Part shown: positions 29,480 through 45,451 of the stretch, one piece after another | Layout: every line of letters starts with the position of its first letter | How positions within the stretch are numbered: position 1 is the stretch's first letter | Source: the human T2T-CHM13v2.0 reference genome, Homo sapiens | NCBI RefSeq assembly: GCF_009914755.1 | Contig: NC_060947.1 | Strand: one strand, 5' to 3' | DNA length: 64,000 nt | Translations under genes and position numbers: made by a program | The notes under the pieces: generated by a model | Databases searched by the model: none | What the model was told of the DNA's origin: nothing | What the model saw: the letters and a program-made list of their open reading frames with translations, nothing else

Positions 29480-32020
29480 AGTCTGGGGAGTTAACATTAT
29501 TTTTCATCACAAGCAAAGCTGAGGGACTTAACATAATAATGTTTAATTCTCATACAAATCCTGGTTATGTGACTTTTCGCTGAAGATGATGGTGGTCTCT
29601 AAGCTCCTTTCATGTTGTGTAACTCTATCTTCAGCAAATGGTTTTAAGATTGCTATTACAGTATTTAGTCATCAAAAGGAATGGGTTTGGAGCTTAAACA
29701 TGTCACACTGACATTTAAATGTCTCAGTTCAGAAATAACATACTACTGACAACCGCTTTCATTGACGAGAACTAGTCACATGGCCCCATATAGAGTCCAG
29801 GAGGCTGGGGAATATAGTTTAGCAGCTAGGATATAGTTCCCCTTGCCTTGGAAGAGGAAATGGGTTTGGTGAGTATCTGATCAGTTTCTACAAGAGTCTT
29901 CCCTTTGCTTATCACATATATTATTCCTTCCTTCACTACATGTAGACAACATTCTCCCCTTCCTCAGAAAGAGATCTCAACTTTCCACCAGTTACTCCAT
30001 CCAGCTCAAAGTGTAGGATTCCTGGTTCCTATACATTCAACACAGATGAGATTCCCAATGCTCTGGCAACCTACAAGCTAAAAAGATAGGTCATCTTCTT
30101 TTCATACCACATCTAATTAAAAAATGTTGGATCGGAGGCATATTCACAACAATAACCATCCAAAATTAGAAAGAAACAAATGGGAACATAGAATAGTTTT
30201 CAATATGTTCAATTGTGAAATCCCAAGAAACAGACAGTGAGAAAGTACAGATACTGATCTCTGTATAGAACTCGCATCTCCATTGTTCTCCATGGCTCCT
30301 GACTTTACCCTATAAGAGATTCTTCCCTGTCCATGATTCTTTTTAATGACATAAAAATAAGTTTTGAAGATTATACCTTCCTAGTTTGCTGTGCAGCTGT
30401 TGTAGCTACCTTGTTATGCAATGATTGTTCAAGACTCTTTGAAAAGTTACATTTTTTCAGATAAAGATTTTTGGTTGATTTTGTAATACGGTTCCCTCAA
30501 AAACCTAGTAGGCATCAGATCTGCATTTTTCCATATGCCAGTGACCTCTCTCACAATCCTTTCCTAGTCATTGTTTTAAAATCTGCTTTATTTCTGTGCC
30601 CATTCACCCTTTACTTTGTTCTCTCAATATAATGGAAGCTATCTTCATGAGGCTATCAGTTTGAGTGGAGAGGCTATACCCTTAGTCAGACTTTTGTTAT
30701 AAGGTGGAGTCACTATCTTCAACTGAGAAATGTTATTACATCTTTGTTGTTCAAAGTCTTTTCTGATTTCAAATACAACTGAAGTCCAGAAGCTCTTGTT
30801 TCTTTCCAGAACTGTAAGACTATAAATACGAAAAAGTGAAAGAATTGTAAGAAAATGAAGAACTGTAAGCATATCCATATGAAAACAATGTAAAACTGAA
30901 TTTCTCGAATCAGTATTCCACTTCATTTATATTTGAAATAGACATATTCTTTCCAGATATCTATATAAATCAAATATACCTACTGACCACCTAAACTTTT
31001 GAATTTTTGCTTTTTAAACATCTTTCCCTCAAATTAAAACCCAGTGGAGTCTAGTCTGTCTCCTAATTATTGCAGGCAACAATGTTACCAAATGTCTTGC
31101 TCATTCATAACACGCCATCTCTCTAGACTCTGATGTTAGGTTCTTTGTTGTCTCATTCCTATTTTCATTATTGTATTGAAAATTGTAATTTTTGTTATAA
31201 AAGCACTTTACTTCAAGGTACTAAATTTTGTATTGTTCATGTTAGATTGGCTAAAATCTCAGTAGATTAACCCAAAAAGAAATTATCGCTCATTCACATC
31301 AGAGTTCAATAAGGTCAATAATGGAGGTGTCCACTCTTTTAAGTCACCCAGGGAAACAGGATTCTTTCATGTTGGGACTTTGCTCTTGTTATGATTATCC
31401 TTTAGAGATGAGATTGATTCTCACTCAAAATTTGGTTTTGATATCAAGACTCTTGATGCTATACACACACATACTTTTTTTTTTCTCACATAACGAGGCT
31501 TTTTGGGGAGAGCAGGACAGGCTCCCAGTAGGTTATAAATGTGTTGAGAGAGCAGAGAGTTGTGATTGGCACAGGGTGTTCAAGTGGTTAGAGAATTAGG
31601 CTACACAGAGGGTTCCGTCATGTGGGTAGAGCCATGCATGGTTTAAACTTCCCGTTGAAATCAAAAAAGGGATCAGCCAGATTTTATCAGCTTGCCCCAA
31701 TATGAGCAGACGGGGGAAAGGGGAGAGTGAAGCTTGAATACTACCAGAAGTCAAATATCAAAAACTGAATCCAACTCTATTAAAGCTTTCTTCTACATGT
31801 GACCTCCAAAATTGCTGGGAAAGGATAAGAGAGTGGAGGTTCGTACACTGCATTAGTTTATGGTATAGGTCTGGAACTCATCTTTGTAACTTCCACCTAT
31901 AATCCATTGAGCATGACTAGTCATATTCCCACCTCTCTTTCACCTTCTCCCAAATACAAAAAGGTAAAATGTAATCATCCTGCGGACCCAGGAAAAATGT
32001 GAGATGGTTTCATATACACT
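29480..32020 (-). mobile_element. Old MaLR (MLT1) LTR-int-LTR remnant
   Basis: Two MLT1-like antisense LTR segments (~29480-29890: aactagtcacatggcccc...gaggctggggaatatagt; ~31240-32020: catgactagtcatattccc) flank int-like sequence. Confidence 0.45.
31401..31783 (-). mobile_element. Solo LTR (ERV1-class-like, family not named) nested in the MLT1 LTR
   Basis: Distinct block (aaatttggttttgatatcaagact...tcacataacgaggctttttggggagagcagg...ttatcagcttgcccc...aagtcaaatatcaaaaa) interrupts the MLT1 sequence. Recalled LTR similarity only. Confidence 0.45.
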
Positions 32021-33731
32021 TAGGCCCAGGCCTGATATGCTTAGTTGTGTGATTTAATTATGAAGATTCTGAAATAAAATAAATAACCAGGGACGCTATA
32101 AATACTCAGATAGTTTCATCAAGCTTATAAAGTGATAACTATGCAATTTCATGAATACAGAGCAATAAAATCTCTCCACAATTCTCCATTTGATGAATTT
32201 TATGCCTTTAGCATATGCTACTAAGGCAAAGAAAAAGAATATGAAAGTGAAGATGAATCATTTTGAGCACTTTAAAATCCCTAAATATATTGTATTACAC
32301 AATAAGCATTTAAGTTGTGTTTTCTATATGAGGGAATAATCATGCGGAATAATAAACAAACTTGTGTCTTCTAAACAGTGTTAAAACCATGATGGACGTT
32401 TTCTTCTTGGCCTAAACATGATTTTCCCAGAGTCTGGTATGTAATGAATGGTAACAAAATTATGTATTGAATAAATAAATGAATAGGTGAATGAATGGAT
32501 AGATGAATGCATGATTTGGATGTTACTGGCAGATATCTGCCTATTATAAAATGCTACTTCTATTTTCCTTCGGTTGGAGCATAGAAGTACACTCACCGTG
32601 AGTGAGAACTAGTAGGAAGAAAAAACACAGAAATTAGTGTCAGAACAATTTGGATTAATGACAGTGTTTTGAAAGTATGTCACTGTGTGATGTTGGACAA
32701 GTTATCAGTGGGAATCTCATTTTCCTATAGTGTCACATTAGGATAGGCTTGTTATGTGAATTAAGTAATTAACTGATACAAAATATCTGAAATAGTTTGC
32801 ATGATTATAAATGAGGTTTCATTGTAATTACATTTTTACACATTCTGATTTTCTACCCTAGACATTCCCTTCACTCCACTCTTCTACACAAACCCATATC
32901 CACCCTCCTCTTATTCTCCCCCAACCCCAACACAAAGAGACCACCACAGACACCATGGATAAAAGCCCCAGACTATGAAAAGCCAGGAAAGGCCTTCTGG
33001 ACTATGTGTCCTTGAAATGAAAAATAAGTTTTTGACAAACTATTCCATGAGGTGATTTCAAGTTATTCATAAGAAATTTCTTCTCCATATTCATTTGTTC
33101 AAATTACTTTCTGTGGTTTTCTGAATGAAATTAATCTTCCTTCTGTTGTGTTCATAAATTCTCCTTACTCAGCCAAATCCTTTATCTCTCATCAAGAGAC
33201 AGAGGTAATTTGTGACTTTTAATTTTCTCTTCTGATAAGTCCTTTACTAGTTTAGGGACTTCTCTCTAACCCAATCTTTCTCTCTTTTGTTTTGAAATGA
33301 GATCTTTTATTTTATTATTTAAGAATTTTGAATCCTATGCAAATTTTTAGCTGAGAAAAATGTTGTTACATCCCTTTATTTTGCTACTAAGGGAATTTAT
33401 AATTGAGTTAAATATTATTGATTACAATTTTGTGCATTTTATTTGTTTTTCTGTTTTTCAAAGACCTTCAGTATTTGGCAACATTAGGATATAGTAGAGC
33501 AAAAGCAAAGATAAAATATGCATGGAATAAACAAATATCATGTAAAAGCAACACAGAGCCAAAATATTAGCACGAATTAGAACAAAACAAAAAAGTACGT
33601 TTAGGCAAAACGTAATCATTCTGTTCTTTTATTTTCAGTTACTTCAATTTCAGTAAAAAGGAAAATAACAAAAGAATCCCTTTGAGTGTATACAGCAGGG
33701 AAACAATTCACTTCAGAAATGAAATGAGTCA

Positions 33732-34031
<300 letters not shown>

Positions 34032-34571
34032 CAAGTCAAGACTATGTTCACAAATCAATGGAGATCAGAATAGTGGAACTTTCTGATGAACACAATTTTT
34101 ATACCATTATCTGATTTGTTCTATTTTGTTATTTACCTATGATGTATTCTTTATGTGTACACCGAGTTTTAGCTTCTGCATATGTGCGAAAAAAATTATT
34201 GAAAAGTAGGGAACTCTCAGTTAAAGTTTTGCACAATATTTACTACAACAAACTGATATATAAATATATTTTAGGTCAATCTTTTGAGGGACTGATGTAG
34301 AAATGTTATTGCCAAGGAATGCTCCCAAGGGAAAGAGGAGACAAATATTTCTTGAGTCTCTAATCCAAATGTTCAGTGTTTATTTTTCCTCAGTCTTTCC
34401 TTTGAAGAGATTTCCCAAGTACCCCTAAACTTTCCGTTTTTAAGATAACTTTATCATTTTGCTCTTTATCGTCCCTGTCTTCTGTATTAGCCTCCTTCCC
34501 ATTATGTTTCCTTTTCTTTATGTTGATCTTGTATTTGAGCTAGAAATATTCTTATGACTTTCAAGTTTCTC

Positions 34572-34735
34572 AGGTGACAATTTAGATTTTATATAACATG
34601 AAGCTTATATAATCTTGAGGAGACTCTAAGAAAAAGTACATAAATTTGTTATAACCAGACAGGACTTTGTAAGGAATCTGTGGAAGTGAAAGACCCTGGA
34701 GTTTGAGCTTCACTAGCTTCATGATAGATCTGTGC
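34572..34735. mobile_element. Internally deleted hAT-type MITE (MER115/Zaphod-like)
   Basis: Both termini resemble recalled MER115 ends (tgaagcttatataatcttgagg...aagaaaaagtac; gaccctggagtttgagcttcactagcttcatgatagatctg). Confidence 0.45.
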
Positions 34736-36109
34736 ATTATGGTTAATCCACGCCTTTCCTGCTCTTTCTTTCCATTTATTTCTCAGCATACATTTACTAG
34801 AGGACAAAATATAACAAGGCTTCTACTGTTGTTATTCAGTGCCCTATTTTCACTAACTGAGGTAGCTAGTTGTGTAAAGAAGCAACTGTGGACTTGGTAG
34901 AAATCCCTGGAGATTAAATTCATACCAATGTATATCTGTCAAGGAACTAAATTGAATCTAGATCGGACTCAATTGTTTAGCCATGCAACTTTCACTTTGA
35001 AAGAGAATAAGCTGAAGATAAAGAGGCATGGATAAAAAGAGTTACATATTGAAACCAGTTTTGTATTTCTTATGGTGAAAATTAATACATAAATACAAAA
35101 GGAATTTTGGAAAAAGTTGCAAAGAGTGAGTTAAAAGATATATCAACCTATTTATTTATAATGAGCTGATCTTTAATACTCCTACTCCTACTGCTAGAGA
35201 AGCAGTATAAAGTGACAGAAAAACTGCAGACTTTGAAATTAAATTGACCTCAATAAAAAGTTGAGTCTGACACTCTCTGTGAGATTATAACACCTCTGAG
35301 GTTTTGTTGTATCAAATATGAATTGGAGAAAAGAATGACCAGGTTGTTTAGAGTTTTGTTATAGTATATGTGAGTGTACATAAATAAAGTTAAATAAATC
35401 AAAGTTATTTGAGTTTCATTAATAAGCTATATACCTATATACATATATATAATATGTATGTAGCATACACATTAATGAATATAATTGGCATTAAATGAGG
35501 ATTAAAGTTTAAAGGTGTACGATGATCCATATTTAGGGCAGAACAGTAAGCACATTATTTACATACTTTTCACTTTAATTTCTATGTCCAAAGTATTTTT
35601 CCAAAACGATTTTGCACTTTATAAAATTGTGGCAATAATGGAATGTCGTTGTGAATTTTAAACGTATTATTTCCTTCTTGCCTTCCAAACCTTGAACCAG
35701 AGAACCACACACTATCACCCCCCAACTGAATGATAACAACTGTAAATTAAGCTGATATCTCCATTAAGCATTTATATTTATAAAAACATTAAAGTAACAT
35801 TTTTCTATCCTTATAAGCACTATTCTATTTAAAGTAATGAGCCAGGTTGAACATAAATGTATCTAAGCTATGTGAGGTCAAAAGTATTAATATTAGAAGT
35901 CTTAGGGAAAACACAGTCTGGAACAAAGGGCAGTTAGTACCTAAGTCAAAAGACACATACAATGAGAGAGACCTGTGGAGAATTGTTTCCCATTACGAGC
36001 CAAAATCACAATCTTGCCCTACAACAGTTTGCAAAAGTTATTTTTCTCTATTACAAACATAAATATATATGTTTGTTTAATTGTTATTGTATTTAAAAAT
36101 CATTTATAA

Positions 36110-36920
36110 TTTAAAAAATTATGGCATAATTTACATGCAAAATCTTTTACATTTTAAAATTACACAGTTCAGTGAGCTTTGACAAATACATACACCCACT
36201 TCAACCACCATCCCAGTTAAGATAATGAACACTTCTATCATTCCAGAAATTTTCCTCCTTCCCTTTTCTAAGAAATCTATCAATCTAGGCAGAGGCAAAG
36301 ACTGTTATTTATCACTTATTTTTTTCCTAGTCTACAATTTTATGTCAAAGGAAGCACATAGTATGTACACTTTTGTGTCTTGTTTCTTTTGATCAACGTT
36401 GTTTGTTGTTGTTGTTGTTGTTGTTGTTTTTTTTAAGACGGAGTCTCGCTCTGTCACCCAGGCGTGATCTCGGCTCACTGCAACCTCCACCTCCCCAGGT
36501 TCAATCGATTCTTCTGCCTCAGCCTCCCGAGTAGCTGGGACTATAGGCGCACGACACCATGCCCGGCTACTTTTTGTATTTTTAGTAGAGACAGGGTTTC
36601 ACCATATTGTCCAGGCTGGTCTCGAACTCCTGACTTCGTGATCTGCCTGCCTCGGCCTCCCAAAATGCTGGGATTACAGGTGTGAGCCACCGCGCCAGGC
36701 TGATCAACATCGTGTTTTGAGATTTTTTTACATTGTTGTGAACATCAGAAGTTCAAATCATTTAATACATACTTAGCAGTGAATTCAAGAAACATAGGAC
36801 AATATTGGTAAACATTTGGATTGTTTACAAGTTTTGTCTAAAATGATTAAAGCTGTTATGAACATCCTTGTGTACATATTTTTGCTGCTATATATATAAT
36901 ATATATATTTTGCTTCTCTA
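36110..36920 (-). mobile_element. L1ME-type 3' UTR fragment, interrupted by an Alu
   Basis: Antisense old-L1 3' motifs (acagttcagtgagctttgacaaatacatacacc...accaccatcccag; aaagctgttatgaacatccttgtg). Confidence 0.6.
36403..36701 (-). mobile_element. Alu (AluSg/Sc-like) with (GTT)n-derived tail and a 14-bp deletion
   Basis: Antisense Alu reading cacccaggc|gtgatctcgg (lacks tggagtgcagtggc). Imperfect TSD gatcaacgttgt / gatcaacatcgt. Confidence 0.95.
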
Positions 36921-37173
36921 AGATACAAAAAATTTTGTTTTGTTTTACTCTAAGAAACTCAGTTATAGTCAAAGGAAAGGCAAACAAGTGGGTCAAAAGT
37001 CACTCTCACATATTGTTGCTGGGAGTGTAAATGGTGTAAATGTTATAGAGGTAAATTGGTTAGCATGTAACAAAAATCTTTTTCATATTGTTTTATAGTT
37101 GCAAACATATAATCTTATGTAGATTTTTAGAAATGTGATTGAATTCAAGGGAAACATGCTTATGAAGAAACTA

Positions 37174-37485
<312 letters not shown>

Positions 37486-37489
37486 AAAT

Positions 37490-38280
37490 TGAGATATTTA
37501 TCTTACCTTAAATCAAGACTTATTCTAAAGTTATAGTAAATGCAATTATGTAGTGTTGTTATAGATAGCTAGACCTAAGGAATAGAAATGAAAAAACTGG
37601 CTCATATGACTCAGTTGATTTATGACAGAGATAGCACTATGTATCAGTGGGGACGGAAATGACTATTCAACAAGCAGTATTGAGATAATAGGAAATTTAA
37701 ATGAGACAAAAATATATTTAATCCCTATCTAATACCATGCACACAAAATGTCAATTCCTTGTGTAGTAAAGATGTCCATGTGAAAAGCAAAGATTAAAGT
37801 ACTTAAAAGATAAATTTGAAAAATATTATTTAGGGCATCTCCATATAGTAAGACATAAAAAGCATAAATCATAAAGGAGAGGATTAATAAATAGAACAAC
37901 ATTATCTTAAGATGTTCTGTTCATCATCAAAAAATAAAAGTCACACACTGAGTTTGGATAGTTTCAAATTATAAAACTAACAAAAATTAGTTTCTAGAAT
38001 ATTTATATTTGAAAATTGTAATCATCAATAAAAATAGAAACTATTTTTTGGAAGAAATAGTCAAAAGTCAAGAAAAGTTATTTTATAAATGGAAACACGT
38101 AATATACATATAAAGAGATATTTAGTTTCATCAATAATTAATAAATATAAATTAATTCCACAATTAGAGATTATTTCATACTCACCAAATTGACAAAAAT
38201 AGAGAGAATATGATAATAATAATAATTGTTGACAAGAATGAGAGCTTATGAAAATGCTTACTGGTTGCAAATTGAGAGCG
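37490..38280 (+). mobile_element. Ancient L1M ORF2 3' fragment
   Basis: A-rich decayed ORF2-like sequence (aagacttattctaaagttatagt, gactattcaacaagcagtattgaga, attatttcatactcacca). Confidence 0.55.
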
Positions 38281-39149
38281 TAAGTTAGTTCTCATTAGGT
38301 TCTGATGGGAGTGTCAGAAAACCTAAATTATCAGTGAATTAACCTAAATAGTGGCTTATTTCGCCCTCACATAGTATTAAATATCCATCACTATTATTGA
38401 GATTCATTATCATCTGTACTATCTTCATTCCAGCAAGGAGAAACTAAAAATGAGAAGTATGGTACTCTTTTACCTTTCAAGATTGCGCATCATCTCTGTC
38501 TACATCCCATTGGTCAGAACTCAGCCCATGAGCTGCAAGGGACGGAGAACTAGTCTGTCCTACAAACAGGAAAAATTGTGGTTGTTTCAGAAAACAATCT
38601 GATATTATTTGACAAGTTAAAGAAGCATAAACCTGACAAACCAACAACTAAAATACTAAGGCTATATCCCAGAGACACACATATTTACAAGGAGATACGG
38701 ACAAGAATGTTCAAAGCAGCATTTATTTAAAAAATAAGCAAAAAAAATCCGTAACTGTTCATTATTCAAAGAATGGAAAAAATGTTCCATATTCAATGAA
38801 ATACTGTAAAGGACAGCAACAATTTAGAAATATGATATTGAGCAAAAATGTATGTTATACAATCATACAATCTTCCAGTAGTTATTTTATTCCACAATTA
38901 CTATACTACACAAAATGTATCTTTAACTCTAAGATCCTATCTCTCAAGTGGGTTCACATGAACCCTACAATTTGGCTAAAAACTGTTATTTGGTTTCAGC
39001 TTTTGGCTTCAGAATTTGGAAAGCTGAAGAGCTAAATATCTACTTCATTGTTGTCTCTGGCAGTTTTGAATTGAATTTCATCATGTGATAGCCTAGCTTA
39101 CTTTATTCTAATCAGTGCAACAATTAATAATACATATAAGACATATCTG

Positions 39150-39517
<368 letters not shown>

Positions 39518-42500
39518 TTATAAGTATAACTTGAAAAAATCCTATGTGTTGTATGTGTTGAATTTCTATCATTCAGTTTATATGTAAGTTTATATTTACT
39601 TTTACAAGAGTATATTTTGTGAAGATCGTAAAGTATACACAAAATAGTTGTTAAGAATTTTCAAATAGTTAAAAAGGAAATAGATTGCCAAGATGACTAT
39701 TAAGGGACTATTACCTAGAAAATTTATGGATGACACAACATTCTTTTTGAGCCAACAAATGTGTGTATAAATTTAAGTGTCAATTCCAGGCAGAAGAGAC
39801 TACAGTGTTTGACATATTTGCTTCAAACAGCTTTATGAAAGCTTTTTACTTAGTTGTATTTACTTAATTCCATTTAAGTCTTGAATCTTTCAAGTCCTGT
39901 TTCTAAATCCTTCACATCTTGTGAAGATGAAGTAAAAGCAGAATATTAACTTTGCCACCCCAATATTTCCTCAGGAAAACCCCAAAGTTATATACCACAC
40001 ATAATGAAGAAAAAACAGAGAAGTCAAAAAGAAGACAAAGTGAGATCCTCCTCCAGAAATGCTAGTTGAAAGTCAATATGTAGAGCATAAAAAATGAGCA
40101 GTGAAGTGATTCCTGGGGCAATCCTGAAGTTTAAAATGGCTGCTAAACTTCAATTATATTATAATATAATTGTTAATACAACATTTTATATGTATTTTTG
40201 TATCCCAGAAGTTGATTTATGGCATTGATGAAATCTTGTTTTCAGCTTTTGCTCATTTGGCATTTTGCAAAAATATGTACTCAGTGCCTTCTATTTTATC
40301 ATTGAGGCTCAGTGCTTGGGCTTTTCCTTTTTAAAGAAAAATTAGAAATGGATACGTTCATTTTTCTTTTAGATCTGCTTAGCCTGGTTCTAAGTTCTAA
40401 AATAAATCTCTGCTTATTAGTTTATCGATCCTTTTTTTATTTTACATTCATTTTTCCACTGCTTCTATGCAGAGAGTAAGTCTGAACTATATATTTCAAA
40501 CTACTCTGAATCTTCTCTGACTTAATCAATTTTATTCTCTAAGACAGAGTATTTTAGGCACAAGTATTTCTGTCCTTTAAACTCTTAGTATTTCAATTTC
40601 ATTCAAATGTTTCTCTTTCTTAACAACAATAACACATTATACTTATTTTAAATATCTTTCCACTTGTTTATGAATAAAATCTACCCTCCGACTTTAGGCA
40701 ACAACACCATTTGGGTTAATGAATGCTGAAAACTTGGTCCAAATTTTTGTAATTAGTAAATTCTGGTTGAGGTAGAGATCATATGATGAAGTTTTAGACT
40801 AGAGTACATGGAGAACCCATTGAATTTCCTAAGATTGGACAATCTGTTCCCTCAGCCTTATAGTAAAATGACATTAAGAGAAGCTGAATTGGGGGCTTCT
40901 GAACAAGGATTACCCACTTATATCTGGCAGGCAACATATAAACTATTGGCCTTTATCTCTCATGATTCTGTCTGCTATTGCAAGTTTAAAATTCAGCATA
41001 TATATTTGGCTGAGAAAACAACAGAGGTTTTTTGGTTTTGTTTTGTTTTGTTTTTCCTTTTACCCGATGCACAAATGCTTGGAAAGCTCAAACACTTAGA
41101 AATGCAACTTGTTTTGATATAGGCCTTAACTAGGACTAAATGGCTTTCTTCTTTGATCATGTAATCCTTGTGTCAGCAGATTCTGCGTGGTTAAAAGCTA
41201 AGCTACTGTGGGTCAGGGTAAGGTCAGCCAGAAGTTCCTATTGTTTATGCTTACTGAGGCCTGCCTTGCCTGAAACAGTTAAAAACCTACCAAAATATAA
41301 ACTGCTGCAATCCACCAAGGTCAAAAAGCCACATGACATAAAAGCATTGATATATGATGTCTCTTGCCCAGGCTGTGCCAGAAACATAATCTTTTATTCT
41401 CCAAATATCAGCTCAAGGTTTCCATGGAATGATGCAAGATATTGGGGTATTAGGTGATCATTGAATAGCAACCCTATGGCCTGAACCCAAGTTAGAAACT
41501 AGTTGAGAGACAGGCAAAAAGTCAAATTTTCTCCCGTTCTGTGAATTGTCTCTTCATTTGGCTGATTGCTTCCTTTGCTGTAAAGAAGATGTTTTTATTT
41601 GATGTGATCCAATTTGCCTATTATTGCTTTGGTTGCCTGTACTTGTGGGGTGTTACTCAAGAAATTTGTGACCAGATCAATGTCCTGGAAATTTTCCTCA
41701 ATATTTTCTTACAGTAGTTTCATAGGTTAAGGTCTTAGACCTAAGTCTTTAATTCATTTAAATTGGATTTTTGTATAACGTGAGAGACAGGGATCAATTT
41801 TCATTCTTCCTGCATATGGATATCAAGTTTTACCAGCACCATTTATTGAGGAGACAATCTTGTCCCCAATGTATGTTATTCACATCTCTGTCAAAAATGA
41901 GTTCACTGTAGGTGTGTGGATGTGTTTCTAGGTTCTCTATTATGTTTTATTGGTCTATCTGTCTGTTTTTATGCCAGTACCATGCTGATTTGGTTACTAT
42001 AGTTCTGTAAGATAACTTAAAGTCAGGCAATGTGATTTCAACAGTTTTGTTCTTTCTGCTCAGGAAAGCTGTGGCTATTTTGGGTCTTTTGTGATTCCGT
42101 ATAAATTTTAGAACTGTTTGTTCTATTTCTGTGAAGAATGTCATTGGTATTTCCGTAGGGTGGCATAAAATCTATAGATTGCTTTGGGTGGTGTGGACAT
42201 TTTTACAATATTGAGTCTTTCAATTCATGAACATGAAATATCTTTTCATTTTTTTGGTGTTCTCTTCAATTTATTCCATCTGTCTTATATAGTTTTAATT
42301 TAATTTCTTTCATTTCTTTGGTTATAGACATTTTATTTTGTGGCTACTGTTAACAGGATTATTTAATTTTTTTTTCAGATTGTTCACTTCTGGCATATAG
42401 AAATGCTACTGAGTTTTGTATGCAGATTTTGTGTCCTGCAACTTTACTGAATTTCTTTAAAAGTTCTAATAGTTTCTATGTGGAGTCTTTAGGTTTTTCC

Positions 42501-45049
42501 AAATATAATATTATATCATCTGAAAACAAGTATATTTTGACTTCTTCCATTCCAATTTGGATGCCCTTTATTTCTTTTTCTTTTATTATTGCTCTGGCTG
42601 ACTTCCACTACTATGTTGAATAACAGTGGTGAAAGTGAGCATCATTTTTGTTTTCCAGATCAAAGAGGAAAGGCTTTCTGCTTTCCCCATTCCGTATGAT
42701 ACTAGCTGCGATTCTCTCATATATGGCTTTTATTATGTTGAGGTATGTTCTTTATATACCCAGTTTTTGAGGGTTTTTATCACGAAGAAATGTTGAACTT
42801 TATCAAATTCTTTTTCAGTATCAATTGAAATGATTATGTTTTTGTGCTTCATTTTGTTGACATAATGTATCACATTGATTGATTTGCATATGATGAACCA
42901 TGTTTGCCTCCCTGGGATAGATAACACTTGGTCATAATGAATGATCTTTTCAATGTACTGTTGAATTCAGTTTGCTAATATTTTATTGAGGACTTTTGCA
43001 TCAATATTTATCAGATATATTGGCCTGTAGTTTCCTTTTTTTGATATGTCTGTCTGGTTTTGGTATCAGTGTAATACTGGCTTCATAGAATGAGTTTGGA
43101 AGTATTTCCTTTTACTCTATTTTTGAAAGCATTTTGTGTAGGATTGGTATTAATTCTTCTTTAAATGTTTGGTAGAATTCAGCAGTGAAGTCATGACGAC
43201 CCAGGCTTTTCTTTACTGGAAGACGTTTTATTACAACTTCGATATTGTTACTTGTTATTGGTCTGTTCAGGTTTTGTATTTCTTCATGGGACAATCTTGG
43301 TAGGTTGTATATGTCAAGGAATTTATCAATTTCCTTTAGACTTTTCAATTTGTTGGCATATATTTGCTCATAGTAACCTCCTTTGAATTTCTACAGTATT
43401 AGTCATAGTGTCTACTTTGTCATCTTCAATTGTATTTATTTGGGTCTTCTTTCTTGTTTTCTTGAATAGGCTTGCTAAAGGTTTGTCAATTTTGTTTAAC
43501 TTTACAAAACAGCAACTTTTTGTTTCATTGATGTTTTGTATTGTTTTCTTCATTTCAGTTTTATTTATTGGTGCTCTGATATTTATTATTTCTTTTCTTC
43601 TACCAATTTTGGGTTTGGATTGCTCTTGCTTTTCAAGTTCTTTGAGATGCATTATTAGGTCATTATTTATTGGAATTTTTATGTAGGCACAGTACTAAGT
43701 TTCCCTCTTAGTACCGTGTTCACTGTATCCCATATGTTTTGATATGTTGTGTTTCCATTTTCAACTTGTTTTAAGAAATTTATCAATTTCCTTCTTAATT
43801 TCTTCATTAACCCACTGGTCATTCAGAAGCATGTTGTTTAATTTTCACGTGTCTATATAGTTTTCAAAATTCCTCTTGTTATTGATTTCTAGGCTTATTC
43901 CATTGTGATCAGAGAAGATGTTTGATTTTTTTGTGTGTTTTAAGACTTCTTTTCTGACCTAACGTATGGTCTATTCTTGAGAATTATCCATGTGCTGAGG
44001 AGAAAAATGTGTATTCTGCAGCTGTTAGATTAAATCTTCTGTAAATATTAGGTCCATTTGTTCCATAGTGTAGTTTAAGTCTGATGATTGTTGATTTTCT
44101 GTCTGAGAGATCTGTCCAATAATGAAAAGGAAGTGTTAAAGTCTTCAGTTATTACTGTATTGGAGTCTATCTCTCTCTTCAGCCCTAATGATATTTGGGT
44201 TATATATCTGGATGCTCCAGTGTTGGATGCATATATACTTACAATTGTCATATCCTCTTGCTGAGTTGACCCCTTTATCATTAGATAATGACCTTCTTTG
44301 CCTCTTACAGTTTTTGTCTTGACATCTATTTTTATCTATATATGTGTAGCTACTCCTGTTCTTTTTTCATTTTTATTGGCATTGTTATCTTTTTCCATCC
44401 CTTTATTTTCAGTTTATGTGTACCTTTATAGATAAAGTATGTTTTTTTTTTGTAGGCAACAGGTCAGTGGGTCTTGTATTTTCATTCATTCAGCCACTCA
44501 ATATCTTTTAATTAGATAGTTCAATCCTTTTACATTCAATGTTATTGTTAATGGGGACTTTTACTATGTGTTTTCTAGTTGTTTTTGGTCTTCTCTTCCT
44601 TCTATTCATCCTTTTAGTAAAGGATTTTCTCTAGTAGCATGTTTAAATTTCTTGCTTTATATCTTTTCTGTATCCATTGCGTGATTTTTGATTTGAGGTT
44701 ACTGTGAGGCTTGGAAATACTATCTTACAGCCCACTACTTTAAACCAATGACAAATGAACACTGACTGCATAAACATGTGAACAAACAACACACAGAAAG
44801 AAAATTAATAAAAGTTTACACTTTAACTTTGTCCCCCTGCTTTTTAAGATTTTGTTGTTTCTCTTTGATTGGTTCATCATTTAGTCTTTCTCCATAAGAC
44901 AAGTGTAGCTTACACACCAAAATTACAGTGTTAAACTATTCTGTGTTTTTCTGTGTGCTTACTATTACTGATGAGTTTTGTACCTTGAGATGAATTATTT
45001 TTGCTCATTGACATCCTTTTCTTTCAGATTGAAAAACTCTCTAGCATTT

Positions 45050-45343
45050 TTTTTTTTTTTTGAGATGGAGTTTCACGCTTGTCACCCAGGCTGGAGTGCA
45101 ATGGCATGATCTCGGCTCACTGCGACCTCCACCTCCTGGGTTCAAGGGTTCTCCTGCCTCAGCCTCCCAAGTAGCTGGGATTACAGGCACCCACCACCAT
45201 GCCCAGCTAATTTTTATATTTTTAGTAGAGACTGGGTTTCACCATGTTGACCAGGCTGGTCTTGAACTCCTGACCTCAGGTGATCCACCCACCTTGGCTT
45301 CCCAAAGTGCTGAGATTACAGGCATGAGCCACCGCACCTGGTC
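45050..45343 (-). mobile_element. Alu (AluSq-like) nested in the L1
   Basis: Antisense Alu with 19-bp TSD gaaaaactctctagcattt at 45031-45049 and 45344-45362. Confidence 0.96.
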
Positions 45344-45451
45344 GAAAAACTCTCTAGCATTTCTTGTAGGACAGGTCTGGTGTTAATGAAATCCTCAGCT
45401 TTTGTTCGTCTGAGACTGTCTTTATTTCTGCTTCATGCTTAAAAGGTTTTT

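Noticed and set aside
32590-32604. Palindrome cactcac-c-gtgagtg giving donor-like motifs on both strands
   Set aside because: 7-bp inverted repeats are expected several times by chance in 64 kb, and there is no convincing paired acceptor.
45060-45386. Alu-derived ORFs here and at 20185, 36464, 37245, 39266 and 61175
   Set aside because: Standard spurious Alu translations.
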